A stretch of 64,000 nucleotides of DNA, taken from NCBI GenBank assembly GCA_030295235.1, contig AP026130.1, forward strand, positions 1,240,001 through 1,304,000. Direction: 5' to 3'. The translations under genes were made by a program, and so were the position numbers. This document shows, in pieces, positions 35,895 to 47,999 of the stretch; within the stretch, counting starts at the first letter, position 1, and every line of letters begins with the position of its first letter. The notes beneath the pieces were generated by a model that saw nothing but the letters and a program-made list of their open reading frames with translations, was not told the origin of the DNA and did not search any database. This stretch comes from Fistulifera solaris. Its lineage: Eukaryota.

Positions 35895-36858
35895 ATGTCT
35901 GCAACAATCCCCAAGATTCGCTATCTTACGGCTTGGTTTTGTCCTTACGCACATCGTGCGACGTTGGCTCTAGAACATCATCGGGGGCGTGTAGAATAGT
36001 AAGTAAACTTACGTACTTGTGAACGCCTGACGATGAAGATCCGTTATGCTGGTTGTCAAAGTAGTATTCGTTTCATTGATCTGTTTTCTGTTACAGTGAA
36101 TCAGTCGAAGCTTTAGGATGGCAGAAAAGCAACGAGGATGAATGGTATTATCACTGGAAATCGGATGAACTGAAACAAATGAATCCATCGGCGCTCGTCC
36201 CTACGTTTGTTTTGGAGGGAAACCGTTCTGTCTACGAATCACTGGTGTGTATGGATTACGTAGATGCCATTAGTCATGCCACGGGGACGTCTCGCTTGGT
36301 GCCGGAAGATCCCTATTGGGCTGCTCAATGTCGGATTTGGGCCGATAAAGTCAACCGCGAATGCTGTTCTCCATATTAGTAAGTATGTTCTTGCCGAGGC
36401 AATCTTGTTGCTCAATTTGTTTAACTAATTTGGAAAATAGCGGTGTTTTGGTTCGACAGGACGATAAGGAGAGACGTGAACACTTCGAAAATCTGTTAAG
36501 CGGCTTGCGGCGGTTCTCGAAGCAATTGGCACAAACGGACGGTCCAGTATTTCTTCCCGGAGAGCAACTCTCGGTCGTCGATTTGACTCTCGTTCCATGG
36601 GCGTTTCGCTTCTACGTACTGGAGCATTACCGTGGTCCCGAATTCGTCATTCCGTCCGAACCCGAACTAGAGCCATACCGCCAGTGGTATGATCACGTCA
36701 TGAACCTAGACAGTGTGAAACGCACCTTGCCCGACAAAGATCGCTATCTTGAACATATTTGCAAGTATGCCGACGGAAGCGCACGTAGTAAGGTTGCCAA
36801 TGCGGTGCGTCGGGGAGTAGCCGCCCATGACCTTGATGACGAGAAAGATGAATTCTAG
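35895..36858 (+). CDS. Glutathione S-transferase, omega-like (active-site Cys)
   Basis: WFCPYAHR, NP..LVP, YESLV..DYVD, LSVVD..LVPW; introns 35999-36096 and 36379-36440. Confidence 0.88.
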
Positions 36859-37019
36859 GTGACACTTTTTATTAATTTGAAGAAACAATAAAACAATTCA
36901 CGCATTTTATTAAGTTTAGCAGCTCAATTGCTTCATAAGCACAAGACAGGAAAATGTTCTACTCCGTAAATGTTTCACGATAATAGTCTTTTGGTGACAT
37001 CAATGTGGCTCGGATGGAC

Positions 37020-37475
37020 TCATGACTGAATTGCAGTCGTGGTCTCCTTGAACCAACAGTTTGGGCTCATAGAAAATCACGAAGACAATGTTTCGCAAGG
37101 CTCTTTGACGTAAAATATAACAATTCGCACTGTAAACGCTGCTAAGGATTATTGCATTGCAGCAACGACAAAGGGAGCTCAAGAATTATTTTGGCAAACG
37201 AACGAATTGCCGCTCGCAAGAATTTTGATTGACAGAAATGCAGTCGTGGCGAAATACGGACAACACACTGATCAATAGGAAAATACTGAAAAAACGTTTT
37301 GCAAAGCTTTTCGACGTACAATATAAATGGGATGTAATTTAAACGCAACTAAAAACTATTGCATTTGCACCAACAACAAATAATGAAGCTCAAGATATTT
37401 TGCTGAACGAACGAATTGTAGGCAGCGTTGTCGCTCGAAAGACATTTACCTCACGACTGAATTGCAGTCGTGGAT
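37020..37475. repeat. Degenerate ~210-bp direct repeats each ending in ...TGCAGTCGTGG
   Basis: Matching blocks 37087/37292 and 37149/37355; motif ends at 37042, 37249, 37473. Confidence 0.7.
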
Positions 37476-37751
37476 AAGTTGACATAGACTATCGTACATG
37501 CATTGTCATGAATGCTAAATCCGTACCGTGTTCGTTGCCGTCTTACTTGATATTCCACAGTGAACAGATTCCACGTGACATTTTCTTCTCGTGCTTTTCT
37601 CGAGCGGCTTCGAAGTTTATTCGAACAGCGGCGACGACGACGCGAAAGAAAGGCATGAGACCCTGCTCGGATTGACTCTTTCAGCTAACAAACTTGAAAA
37701 AGTTCGGGGTTATATTCGTTTAGACACGTTTACAACTATACATTTGAAAGA

Positions 37752-39005
37752 ATGAGAAATCAAAGACGACGATACAATCCCGTTGCTTCGCACGAAGAAG
37801 GTGCGAATGAAGAGACGGAGTCGGAAGTGATTGCAGAAGAGACGGAAGAAAGCAGTCGTACGGAAGGCTCACTTGCGGAAGAGGATGTTTCCGTAGCATC
37901 CATTCCAGCACCACGAGATGATTTTGAGGTGACTATTCTTGATTTTGCGCAAACTAAATTTTCCGTCCCGGCGTCACCGCAATGGACGATCGCGCAATTG
38001 ATGCAAGCCGGAACAGTCGTGCATAAAGTCAGTCCGTCTCGTCAGCGTTTAATTTTCCGAGGAAAGTTGTTAGCGGACGGAGAGAAGACGCTGCAGGATT
38101 ACGGAATCAATGAGACAGGAATGATCGTGCACCTCTTCCCGAAACCGCGTGTTGTCATCACGAATCAGAACAATAATGAAACAAACGAACCGGCTGTTGC
38201 TTGCGAAGAGACAAACAATGAGGAAAACGGAGCTCATATACCGACAATTGTCATGGATGCCTCTGAAGCGGAACGTCGCGCCGAAATACTGGTGTTAGGT
38301 TCACCCGACTTTATTGAGGCTCAGAATAACGTCAAGCTATTTTCCTTCATGTTGTTACTCATCAGTTCGATCGAGTTACTCAATCTCATGGGTGTCGCGA
38401 TGGGTGTACCGCAAACTGAACAGCTTCCCGACGGCGGGGAACCTGGTAACTATCTAGACGACTTCTTTCCTCAAGAACCAGTCAATGTTACTGTATCGAA
38501 TCAATCGATGGAAGAAGACGCAGCGGCTAATTTGTACAACCATTGGGGGTGGCCGCAAACGGTCGACACGTTCGTCTCTTGCTTGGGAATTTACGTTGCA
38601 CTGATTGGCTTACGTGCATCCACCGAAAATACAGTTCGTTTAGCGCGGCAGTATATGTTGGGTCTCTTTGCCGCTGGTGGTGCGTGGCTTATGTTTAACT
38701 TCTTCTTTATGGCAACTGTGGAGGAGCAAGTCGAAGAACAGCGAGAGCAAGAACACTCCAAGGACAAAGACTTTACTCCCATGTCTGACAGTGATATATA
38801 CAGTCAGTCACTTCAAGTCATGGTGCTTCCGGGTATTGTTTGGTTCATGTGCTGGATGAGGGCTTGGCATTTTCACCATCTATTGCGTGAAGCCGATGAA
38901 GAAGCGAATGAGCGGCTGAGGTCGCAAACACGAGATTATGACGAAGCGAATGTGAATCACGATGAAGAATTAGCACTGAGCAGTGGCCAGGCAGTTTTAA
39001 CTTAA
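37752..39005 (+). CDS. Ubiquitin-like domain multi-pass membrane protein
   Basis: RQRLIFRGKLL.D..KTLQDYGI...IVHL plus about four hydrophobic segments. Confidence 0.82.
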   Translation: MRNQRRRYNPVASHEEGANEETESEVIAEETEESSRTEGSLAEEDVSVASIPAPRDDFEVTILDFAQTKFSVPASPQWTIAQLMQAGTVVHKVSPSRQRLIFRGKLLADGEKTLQDYGINETGMIVHLFPKPRVVITNQNNNETNEPAVACEETNNEENGAHIPTIVMDASEAERRAEILVLGSPDFIEAQNNVKLFSFMLLLISSIELLNLMGVAMGVPQTEQLPDGGEPGNYLDDFFPQEPVNVTVSNQSMEEDAAANLYNHWGWPQTVDTFVSCLGIYVALIGLRASTENTVRLARQYMLGLFAAGGAWLMFNFFFMATVEEQVEEQREQEHSKDKDFTPMSDSDIYSQSLQVMVLPGIVWFMCWMRAWHFHHLLREADEEANERLRSQTRDYDEANVNHDEELALSSGQAVLT

Positions 39006-39057
39006 AAGCAGGCTAACGGTAAAAATTTATCTTATTAATTAATCATCTACATAAGTC

Positions 39058-40420
39058 TCATATTTTTGGCATCCTGCAGCGAATGACATCGCCGTCGTTG
39101 TCTTTTAGCACACCATTCTCGCCATCAAACAGCTGCGAACCAACGCCACCGCCACTTTTCCTTTTCCGGGGACTTTTGCCCATAGTCAAAGTAAAGGTTT
39201 GCGACTCAAACTCTGGGTCCCACATTTCATAATTCACCCAATACAGATAGAATCGACAGGTTTTGTTATAACGACGCCGATAGACACGTACTTTGCTATA
39301 GACCCCACAGTTTGTTGCTTCTTCCGCTTCCAGATTCTCTACACTGACTTGTTCGAAAAAGGAAGCGGCGTACCATTCGATGAGTTCGGACTCGTTCTTG
39401 CAGCCACGAAGCTCTTTCAGAAACAGCCGCAAAATTCTGTGCTCCACGGTGGGGTTGGTAAGATGGTTCGCAAGAGCCGGGTAAGATCGACGTGCGTCAG
39501 CAATCTTTCGAAACAAGAAACAGCGATCCTCGAACGTCAGCTGCGACCAGAGGTATTCTCCCAGGGTAACGACCATGGTAGCACATATGGTGGGAGCAAA
39601 ATACTGCGTATCCGCATGGTATGGTGCAGAATAGTCTCGGGGAGAGGCAGAGAAAAAGAGTACAGCGCGGAATTTCTCACAGGCCGGTCCTGCATGAATC
39701 ACACTTCCCGGAATAGAACAAAGTGTTCCGCATGATAATAATCCCGGATAATAGCATCGCAGGTCGGGACAAAGGACATTTCCGTACTCGTTTAACAGTA
39801 ACTGGGCCCTCGACTGCATAAGTGTGCTTACCGCCTGTGGTGCATCTTTCCATAGATGCTTTTTCACATCTTCCATGTTTCTTATTTGATTAACAGGCTC
39901 ATAGACGGTTGTCCCGGGTGAATCGGCCGTGATAATGAGGCCAAACTGGAAGTTTGGCTCAACCATGTCCAAATGTGGCAGCTGGGCCTTGACAGGGTCA
40001 AAATTAACAAGCAGCGAAAAGTTGTCAAAAACGAAGTCTTTGGACGCTATACGAGGATCCTTCCGCGCTTGGGATACAGCAAAGCTCAAAATATGCGATC
40101 GTATATTGTCAATTTGATGTTCTTTACTCATGGTTTTCTCAATCCAATCGAATGCTTTGCAACATTTTCCCGATACGCTGAGATAAATTTCGAAGCGACC
40201 GCCTTGAATCATTCGAACACCCTCGCGTTCAGACGCATTTAGGCGCCACTTTTCCAGTTGAGCACGAGTTTGCGACTGATGTAAGAAATCGGAGAGAGCT
40301 GGCAAATAGTTTTCGAGCAAAGGCGACGACGATGTGTTGTCGGGCGGAATGATGAGCAGAGGACCGCATTCTCTCACGCCGGAGCTGTTCTCCATTGACC
40401 TCGGTCGCATTCCGGGCATC
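39058..40420 (-). CDS. Hypothetical protein with possible 2OG/Fe(II)-oxygenase-like HxD...H motif
   Basis: Long ORF; QLPHLD and VIHAGP; start probably MPGMRP. Confidence 0.6.
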
Positions 40421-40787
40421 GAACAGTCTTGTGTGTGACTTCTTGTAGCAATACGAAGACAAGGTAATGAAGGTTGTTGTTTTCTTGTCACCCTCAAAAC
40501 AAAAAAGATCATACGGAAAAGAAAATACGGAGTAAATGAAGGTGCGAAATATAAATCCAAAACAACTTCAAATTTCACCGGTACTGATCGTTGATGCCGT
40601 AAACTAACACTTTAACCTACACTAAAACGAAATGCAACAATTCGACGCCAAAACACCATAGTTTTTCCTGCTAACCTTAAATGCTTCTGAAGAAAATTAA
40701 AATGCATTAAAGTTCTAATGTATCTAGTCTATCAAGCTAGGAAAAGGAGCGAAAGTTAGGTATAGTAGTATGGTGCGAAAAATAGTC

Positions 40788-41308
40788 TTGATGTTTCGTG
40801 ACTCATGACTCATGACTGAATGCAGTGATGAATGATGAAAAAAGTAATCTACACTTTGTCCTATATTTTATGGAGTTTCTGTGTGTGATGCGTGCTTATT
40901 TGTACAACGGGAACCTAGTTTGAAAAAATGCCTGACTGTAGAACAATATGTGGGGAGAGGGGGAGTTTTCATTCCCCAGTTCAAACGATCTTCAAGGTCG
41001 TCGGCGGCGCATTTATTGAAAAGGTGCAGAAAGGACAAGCCCCACATTGATGTTTCGTGACTCATGACTCATGACTGAATGCAGTGATGAATGATGAAAA
41101 AAGTAATATACACTTTGTCCTATATTTTATGGAGTTTCTGTGTGTGATGCGTGCTTATTTGTACAACGGGAACCTAGTTTGAAAAAATGCCTGACTGTAG
41201 AACAATATGTGGGGAGAGGGGGAGTTTTCATTCCCCAGTTCAAACGATCTTCAAGGTCGTCGGCGGCGCATTTATTGAAAAGGTGCAGAAAGGACAAGCC
41301 CCACATTG
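40788..41308. repeat. 259-bp near-perfect tandem duplication
   Basis: Copies start at 40788 and 41047; one visible substitution (atctacac vs atatacac); TTG junction microhomology. Confidence 0.95.
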
Positions 41309-41605
41309 CAAGTGTGATAATTAGAAGCCAATCATTTCGAGAAAATCCCACTTCAGTGTTGATAATGATCGCAAGAAAGGTGCAGATTCGCACGTCTCGA
41401 CGACGACGAAAAAATGATGCCACTAATAATTTTGCACGTCGTGCTCGTCAACACGCGTCACACTTCATCGGATCTCAAATATTTCATTCCATCGCATTAC
41501 ACAGCAACGTATTTTCATACTACTGTTGCGCTTTCCTACAAATCGCATTCTTAGTGGCTACAACTTTCAAGGTATATCTGTTTATCCCTTGATCGATCTT
41601 ACAAA

Positions 41606-43215
41606 ATGATGCTCGTCAAGGTCTTGTCTCTCGTGGGGATGTTATTCGCGCCACATGTCGAAGCGCACGGTGGTCTAATTTCCCCCCGAAGCCGTAATCG
41701 TGTTGCCCGAGAAGACGGCTCCGAGCGTCCGGGGAAGGGTGTGCCGACGCCCGAGTACTGCTGGCACTGCTTGAATGATAACAACGGATTGTGCGGCAAA
41801 GTCGGCGCGAACGACTATGACAAATGGGTCGATTCGATGGGAATCCCAATGCCTTGGTCGTCGCAAGTTACTTGGAAACCGGGACAAGTCGTTCAAATCG
41901 AATTCGAAATCACGGCGCATCACTGGGGTCATGTCGAGTTGCATGCTTGTCCTCGAGGTCGTCAGTCGACACAGCGATGCTTAGATCAGTACCCGTTGGA
42001 GTTTGTTGCGGATGTTAGTCATGGAATGCCCAAAGATACTTCCTTTCCCGAGCGTGGTTACCTTACGGGAGGGAAGTTTAAATATACTATGCAGTTCCGT
42101 TTGCCGAATGACTTGGAGGGTTCGCAAGTGTTGTTGCAGGTACGTGGAGTGTTACGAGAAAAACGCAGGTGTGATTGTTTGTTGTAACTCACATGTTGTT
42201 CGTTCTCTATTTCGCGATCAGTGGAAGTACATTACTGCCAACTCGTAAGTAAAAGAAAGTCTCTTGCAGGTCGACTTCGGCTTGGATAAGGAACGCTAAC
42301 AACTTGTCCCTCTCAGTTGCAATCCCCCCTGGCTACAAGGAGTATTTCAGCGGCATTACGAACCCGAGCAAATCTTTTAATAGTATACTTCGTACTTGCA
42401 CTCTCCCTTATCCTACGAAAGGCAACCAAGCACCTCCGGAGCAGTTTTGGAATTGCGCCGAAGGTACGTGACGACTTGTTCTTGTTCCTCACTCATCGCT
42501 TTCGATAACTCATTTACTTGCTACACATTCAAAAGTCTCTATTGTCGGTGCAGCGCCTGCTTCACCGCCGGCGATTACCTCTGCTCCGGTGACTCTTCCC
42601 ACTCTCATTAGCATTCCTGTCGCTGTACCTGTTGTGGCACCGATTCCTGTCCCCGTTGGTGCTCCTACGGTGGCGCCCGTCATTGCACCAGTTCACGTCC
42701 CGGTGCGTGCGCCTGTGATCGCTCCGGTGCGTACTACTCCGATTGAGGTACCTGTTTCGTATCCAGAGGTCGAACCCGTTCCGGTGAATCTACCGTCTTC
42801 GACAGATAGTGGATGTTGCTCGTTTAACTTCAAGACGTGCATTACCAATCGATTCTGGTGCGGGACGACCGAGCAAGACTGTCTTTCGTGCGAATCTGTG
42901 GCGAATTGGCTACCCAGCGGGAGTTTGGAGAATGTCAATTGCTTGCCTCGTTTCTCAAATTGCAACAACGGGACGTGCTGTCCGGGTCTGGTGTGCTACG
43001 AACGGAGTGTTTGGTATTCGCAGTGTCTCCCTCCCCAAGACATTCCGTTGACGGCAACCGATGTAACGACCGTGACCGAATTGAAGGTAGATGTTGACGA
43101 AAGTTGCTTGGCGAGTACCCAGAGGTGCAATGTTGGGGTCTGCTGCTCTGGCTTGATTTGCAAAAAGAAAAAATTCTGGCATCGCAATCCGCAGTGCGTT
43201 GTTTCTGACAAATGA
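41606..43215 (+). CDS. Secreted lytic polysaccharide monooxygenase (AA15/AA10-like) + Pro/Val linker + Cys-rich CBM1-like modules
   Basis: Signal peptide ...VEA|HGGLISPRSRN (His1), TAHHWGH, LLQ/WKYITANS/CNPPGY, PEQFWNCAE/V; introns 42140-42221, 42245-42316, 42464-42535; CCPGLVC...WYSQC. Confidence 0.85.
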
Positions 43216-43872
43216 GAGATACCATCAGACTTGAAACAAAGCAGTTCTTTGGTGGATGTTTCCGTATGTACCAAGTCACGGGCAAGAATATCTAAAAACT
43301 ACTAGACACCATCGACATCTGACGTTCTCGCTATACTCCGCGGACAAAAAAACTAGCGGCTTGTGAACGAACAAATCTTTGCTATGCCGCATAGCAATGT
43401 TTATTGTCAAAGATTCATGCAAAAGCCGTTCTGCACGCTTAGCGGGCTTATGCGCCTCGTTTCAGATGATTCTAAAAGAGGTTGTTAATCGCTTTCATCC
43501 ATAATTCCTTTTTCTAGACGATGTCAATTGTAGAACAAACTAGAAAGCGACTGAATTTCACTCGTGAATCGCAATTCGAATAATATGATACCGTGTTCAC
43601 CATCTTCCAATCGCTCTGCACGCGTAGTGAGCTCAAAGCGCCTATATTAGGACATATTTACCTTCCACGGCTTTGAGATTCAACGCCTTGGTTTCTTGAC
43701 ATCGAGAAGCAGTTACACATGGGGCTTCTCCACACCAACTATAGTTCAAAGTCATGTGGCCTCAAATTTGACGTGACTGCGTTTCAGTCATGAATCATTG
43801 CGAAACGCAGCAAAAACGCAAGCAAACATAAATCATCTGCATTGAATGCTATGTTGACGAATCTTTATCAAA

Positions 43873-45617
43873 ATGATACGTTTTTCACTTCTATTCCTTT
43901 CACTGAGCTTTCAAGATGTCTTCAGTTTTACTGCTACTAGTAGAAAGGGAGGATTTCCGCTTTTGCGATCGCAAGTAGATGATCATACAACGACGACAAA
44001 AAGACAACGACAATCAACGAAAATGAAGGCGGTCGTTACGATAAACTGCTGAAAGAACTCAATCTAGACCTTCCTGCGCTTGCGAAACTGCCAAAGAAGC
44101 ATACGATCACCCCCTTTGATGTCTTTTGCAACCGCGAGTTGAAATTAGAAGGCATTCAGGCGATTGGGTTTGACATGGATTACACGTTAGCACAATACAA
44201 CGAAACAACATTCGCTGAACTCGCTTTCGATGGTGCAAAACGAAAGCTTGTCGAAAGTCTCGGTTATCCCGAAGAAGTGTTGGATTTTACGTACGATCCG
44301 GCACACTGGGTGCGGGGGTTGATCATTGATACACAGCGCGGTAACTTTCTAAAAATCGATCGTCACAAGTACGTGCGAGTGGCTCGCCACGGCTTTGAAG
44401 TCATTTCCAGTACAACACGAAAGCATCTTTACTCGCGGCAATTTAACAAGGTCATGAGTTTTACGGAAAAACAGTTTGTGAACATGGATACTTTGTTTCA
44501 ATTTGTCGACGCGCACCTCTTTGCGAGTCTCATTGAGATGAAAGACAAGGGCGATTACGAAGAACTGGACTACAAAACATACGAAGAAATCTACCGTCAA
44601 GTACGAGAATGTGTCGATTTATGCCATCGCGATGGAGTCATTAAAGATCAAGTCCATTTGAATCCAGAGCCGTACGTCATTTTCGACAAGGGCATGGTCC
44701 CTATGTTACGGCGGTTCCGCCAGGAAGGAATTAAGCTGTTTTTGTTGACAAACTCCTTGTGGGAATATACTTCAACTGTAATGAACTTTCTGTATCATGG
44801 AGAGCGTGTCTCGGACGAACGTCAGAAGGAAAACGAGTGGATGGAATTATTTGATTTGGTCATTACAGGTGCGTGCAAGCCGGCGTATATGGTCGACTCG
44901 CACCTCAATCTATTTCGCGTCGATCCTTCGACTGGTACACTGAGAAACACCGATGGTGTGTACGAGATTGAAGCGCTTGGTCCAAATGGGGCTACAAAGT
45001 TTCTACAAAAGGGCAAGACTTTCCAGGGCGGTAATTGGTTGCACCTGCAGGCTATGTTGGAAATTGAAGCCGGAGAGGAGATTTTGTATGTTGGGGATCA
45101 CTTGTATTCCGATGTACTCCGTAGCAAGCGAACTTTGGGATGGCGCTCTGCTTTCATTATGCCAGAGCTCGAAGACGAAATGAAAACATTTGCGGCGAAT
45201 GCACCCTTGGCTAGGCAAATCATTGAATTGCGCAAGCTTCGTGAGGAACTTGGAGTATTGGGTGAAGCCCTGCGTCGTCAAGCAGACAACCCACAGAAGG
45301 AGCAGGAATTGAATCATTTAATTGATCAAGACAATGTTTTAAAGGAAAAACTGATTGAGATGACGAGCCGCTGGCACGCCGCATTCCATCCTATTTGGGG
45401 TGCTATGTTTCATGCGGGATACCAAGATTCGCGATTTGCGTTTTACGTACAAAACTATGCGTGTGTGTACACAAGTCGCGCAAGCAATTTGGGTTTATGG
45501 TCGAAGCAGCGTTCCTTCCGAACTTCTATGGAGATGTTGTCGCACGATCGCCTTTTGTTCGCTACAGATCATACAGATTTTTCTGAAGTTGATCCTTGGG
45601 CAGATATTGCAGAATAA
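43873..45617 (+). CDS. HAD-superfamily 5'-nucleotidase (NT5C2/NT5DC type), probably plastid-targeted
   Basis: VFCNREL, GFDMDYTLAQY, LLTNS, GDHLYSD; N-terminal signal-like MIRFSLLFL...VFSF separated by a 1-nt loss in an A-run at ~44000. Confidence 0.9.
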
Positions 45618-46505
45618 AGTAAATAACTTTAAAGACAATCCATAAACCGTTTCTTTGCGCATCATAAGTTTTTGGCGTTCAGCTATAACGAGACTATTTG
45701 ATGGTTTCTCTTTTAAAGTTCGGTACCTCGCACCCCCATAACAGTGTAGCTACTCGATTGACCCGCAAGGACGATCATTGCTGAATATAGTCTTTGGAAG
45801 GATCACTACGATGGACGTCAAATCCTCCTAGGTAGTTTACTTAGCTTTACTATGGGCCACAGTATTGTTCGTTTTTGTCAATGACTGGATTTTCAGTCAT
45901 GAGTCATTTCCGTTCGCGAACACGGCGTGAAGAATGAACAATGACTCTCCTGCCCGTTCTCTCTGTTCTTTATGACCATACTTGGATAGTTTGTGTACAT
46001 GACGTTGGATGACACTTAGCAAAGAATAGACGAGACTACTCGTTCCTTGACTCGTTAGACTATAGTAATGTGGTTTTCTGTAACAGTGCGACCTAGATCA
46101 ATGGCCCCATTTCAGAGGTCGTATTTTACACTTAGGCTGTCCGAAAGGTGTGTGGTTTTCGACTTTCGATTTCTGGCGCTTGATTTCGGCTGAGTGCCGC
46201 TTGTTGTACTTTCTTGTGTACATAAGTGCATTATTTTTTGTCGTTCGTCATCGAACATCGGCTGGCGTGCCACTCCCTCCCTCCACCTCCTTCCACTCCA
46301 CCAAAAAAGAGCAACAACCACCTCCATCGTCCGCCACAGCAATCTTGAAATTTTCATCACCTCAATCGTCACAACGAAACGACCCGAATACTTTCCAGAG
46401 AGCGAGCGCCAATTTGCCTCCTTTCAGGTCTTTTCTTCTTTCTTCCCTTCTCGCTGTTCAGGTCTTCTTCCCTAGCAGCGCAGTATTAGTGAAGGAGCAT
46501 TGTGA

Positions 46506-46668
46506 ATGCTTGTAAGTAGCGCGCAAATGCATTTACTAAAGTTGATAGTTGCTAATTAGTCAACGGCTCGCTCACCTTTGTGTTCTATATTAGCCCGTAC
46601 CAATTGTGGTTTTCTTCGTTCCTTTCCTCTTGGCAGTTCCCGGTCCTGCCAAGGCTTACCCTAGCTAG
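46506..46668 (+). promoter_or_regulatory. Spliced upstream ORF (26 aa, MLPVPIVVFFVPFLLAVPGPAKAYPS*) in the AdoMetDC leader
   Basis: ATG CTT at 46506-46511, GTAAGT donor 46512, CTCAC branch-like site, TAG acceptor 46593, CCT AGC TAG at 46660-46668. Confidence 0.6.
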
Positions 46669-46683
46669 CAGCGCTTAATTAAG

Positions 46684-47999
46684 ATGGCTTTTACCGAAGA
46701 AACGCACTCGACCTCTTCGAGTGATAACGAAGTCCCAGCGACTGTGGGGGCACTGCTACTCATTTTCATCCTGCTGTTCCGGAAGATGATAACGATTCGG
46801 GTCAAGAACGTGATTACACGGGCATGTTTGAAGGCCCGGAAAAGACTCTCGAAGTTGTCTTTCGTCGCGTCAGTGATGAATACACGGATGCGAGTACGGG
46901 TGATTTGACTCCGATGCAGACGCCTCCTAACACCAAGCTAGGTCTTCGCAACTTGACGCGTGAGCAACTCGATCGCATCTGTGCTCGAGCTCGTTGCACG
47001 ATCCTCTCTTGCATCTCCAATCAGTATTTGGATGCCTATGTCTTGAGTGAGTCGTCGCTCTTTGTGTATCCCTACATGCTGGTCCTCAAGACGTGCGGAA
47101 CTACGACTTTGTTGCGATGCATCGCCACTCTCATTGACTTGGGACGTACTTTGGGATTGGAGATTGATTGGGTTGGTTACAGTCGCAAGAACTTTAACTT
47201 TCCTGGAGATCAGTCCTTTCCTCATCAGTCCTTTCATCAGGAGTTGGACTATCTCTACTCGCATCGCAATCTCTGTGAGCGCTTGGACGGATCTGGCTAC
47301 ACGCTGGGTCCTGTTACAGGAGATCATTGGTTTGTCTTTGTGGCAGATCAGACGCTTCGCTCGAAAGCGCTGGACTGTGACACCGACCGCGTCTTGAACA
47401 TCATGATGTTCGATATCGATGAACAGGTTGCAGAGCTCTTTTACTACAACCGTTACCAAGAGTCGGATGATGAGCCCATTGCTGAGAATGACATGAAGCG
47501 CATTGCTGCCGCGCAGACGAAGGCTGCGGGTATTGACAGTCTTTGCCCTGGTGCACTCATCGACAGTGCGGCCTTTGAGCCTTGCGGATACTCGATGAAC
47601 GCTGTTCTATTCCGTTCCTACAGCACGATGCATATCACTCCTGAGACTGGATCGTCTTACGCGTCCTTTGAAACGAACCAAAAGGTCAGTTCGTACAAGA
47701 GTCTTATCAGTAATGTGATTCGTACCTTCCGTCCGAAGCGTTTTGTAATGACGCTCATGGCGGATGAAGGTGGATTGCAGCAGATTACAGAGAATCCTTT
47801 GACCGATAACGCTTCGGCGGCAAAGATTGTAGTGCCCTTTGAGAAGAGTGGTATGAAGTGCAGCTACAAGCGTGCGAGCACGGCGTCGATTAAGGTCGAG
47901 GAAGACTGTTGCTGCTTGATGGGAAATTGGGTTCTTGAGGAGCCTTCCAAGCAATCCTATTCGGCGACTCAGCGAGCTCGTGGTATTTCGATTTCGTGA
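46684..47999 (+). CDS. AMD1: S-adenosylmethionine decarboxylase proenzyme (eukaryotic type)
   Basis: FEGPEK.LEV, YVLSESSLF (pyruvoyl cleavage site), LKTCGTT, FEPCGYSMN, HITPE; start either 46824 or 46684 with a frame correction near 46730. Confidence 0.95.

Noticed and set aside
40868..41592. ORFs within the 259-bp duplication
   Set aside because: Short, present on both strands, no domain; they lie in a divergent promoter region
46150..46515. 121-aa GTG-started ORF upstream of AdoMetDC
   Set aside because: No ATG, low-complexity promoter or leader composition; the spliced ATG uORF explains the region better, though non-AUG initiation is not excluded
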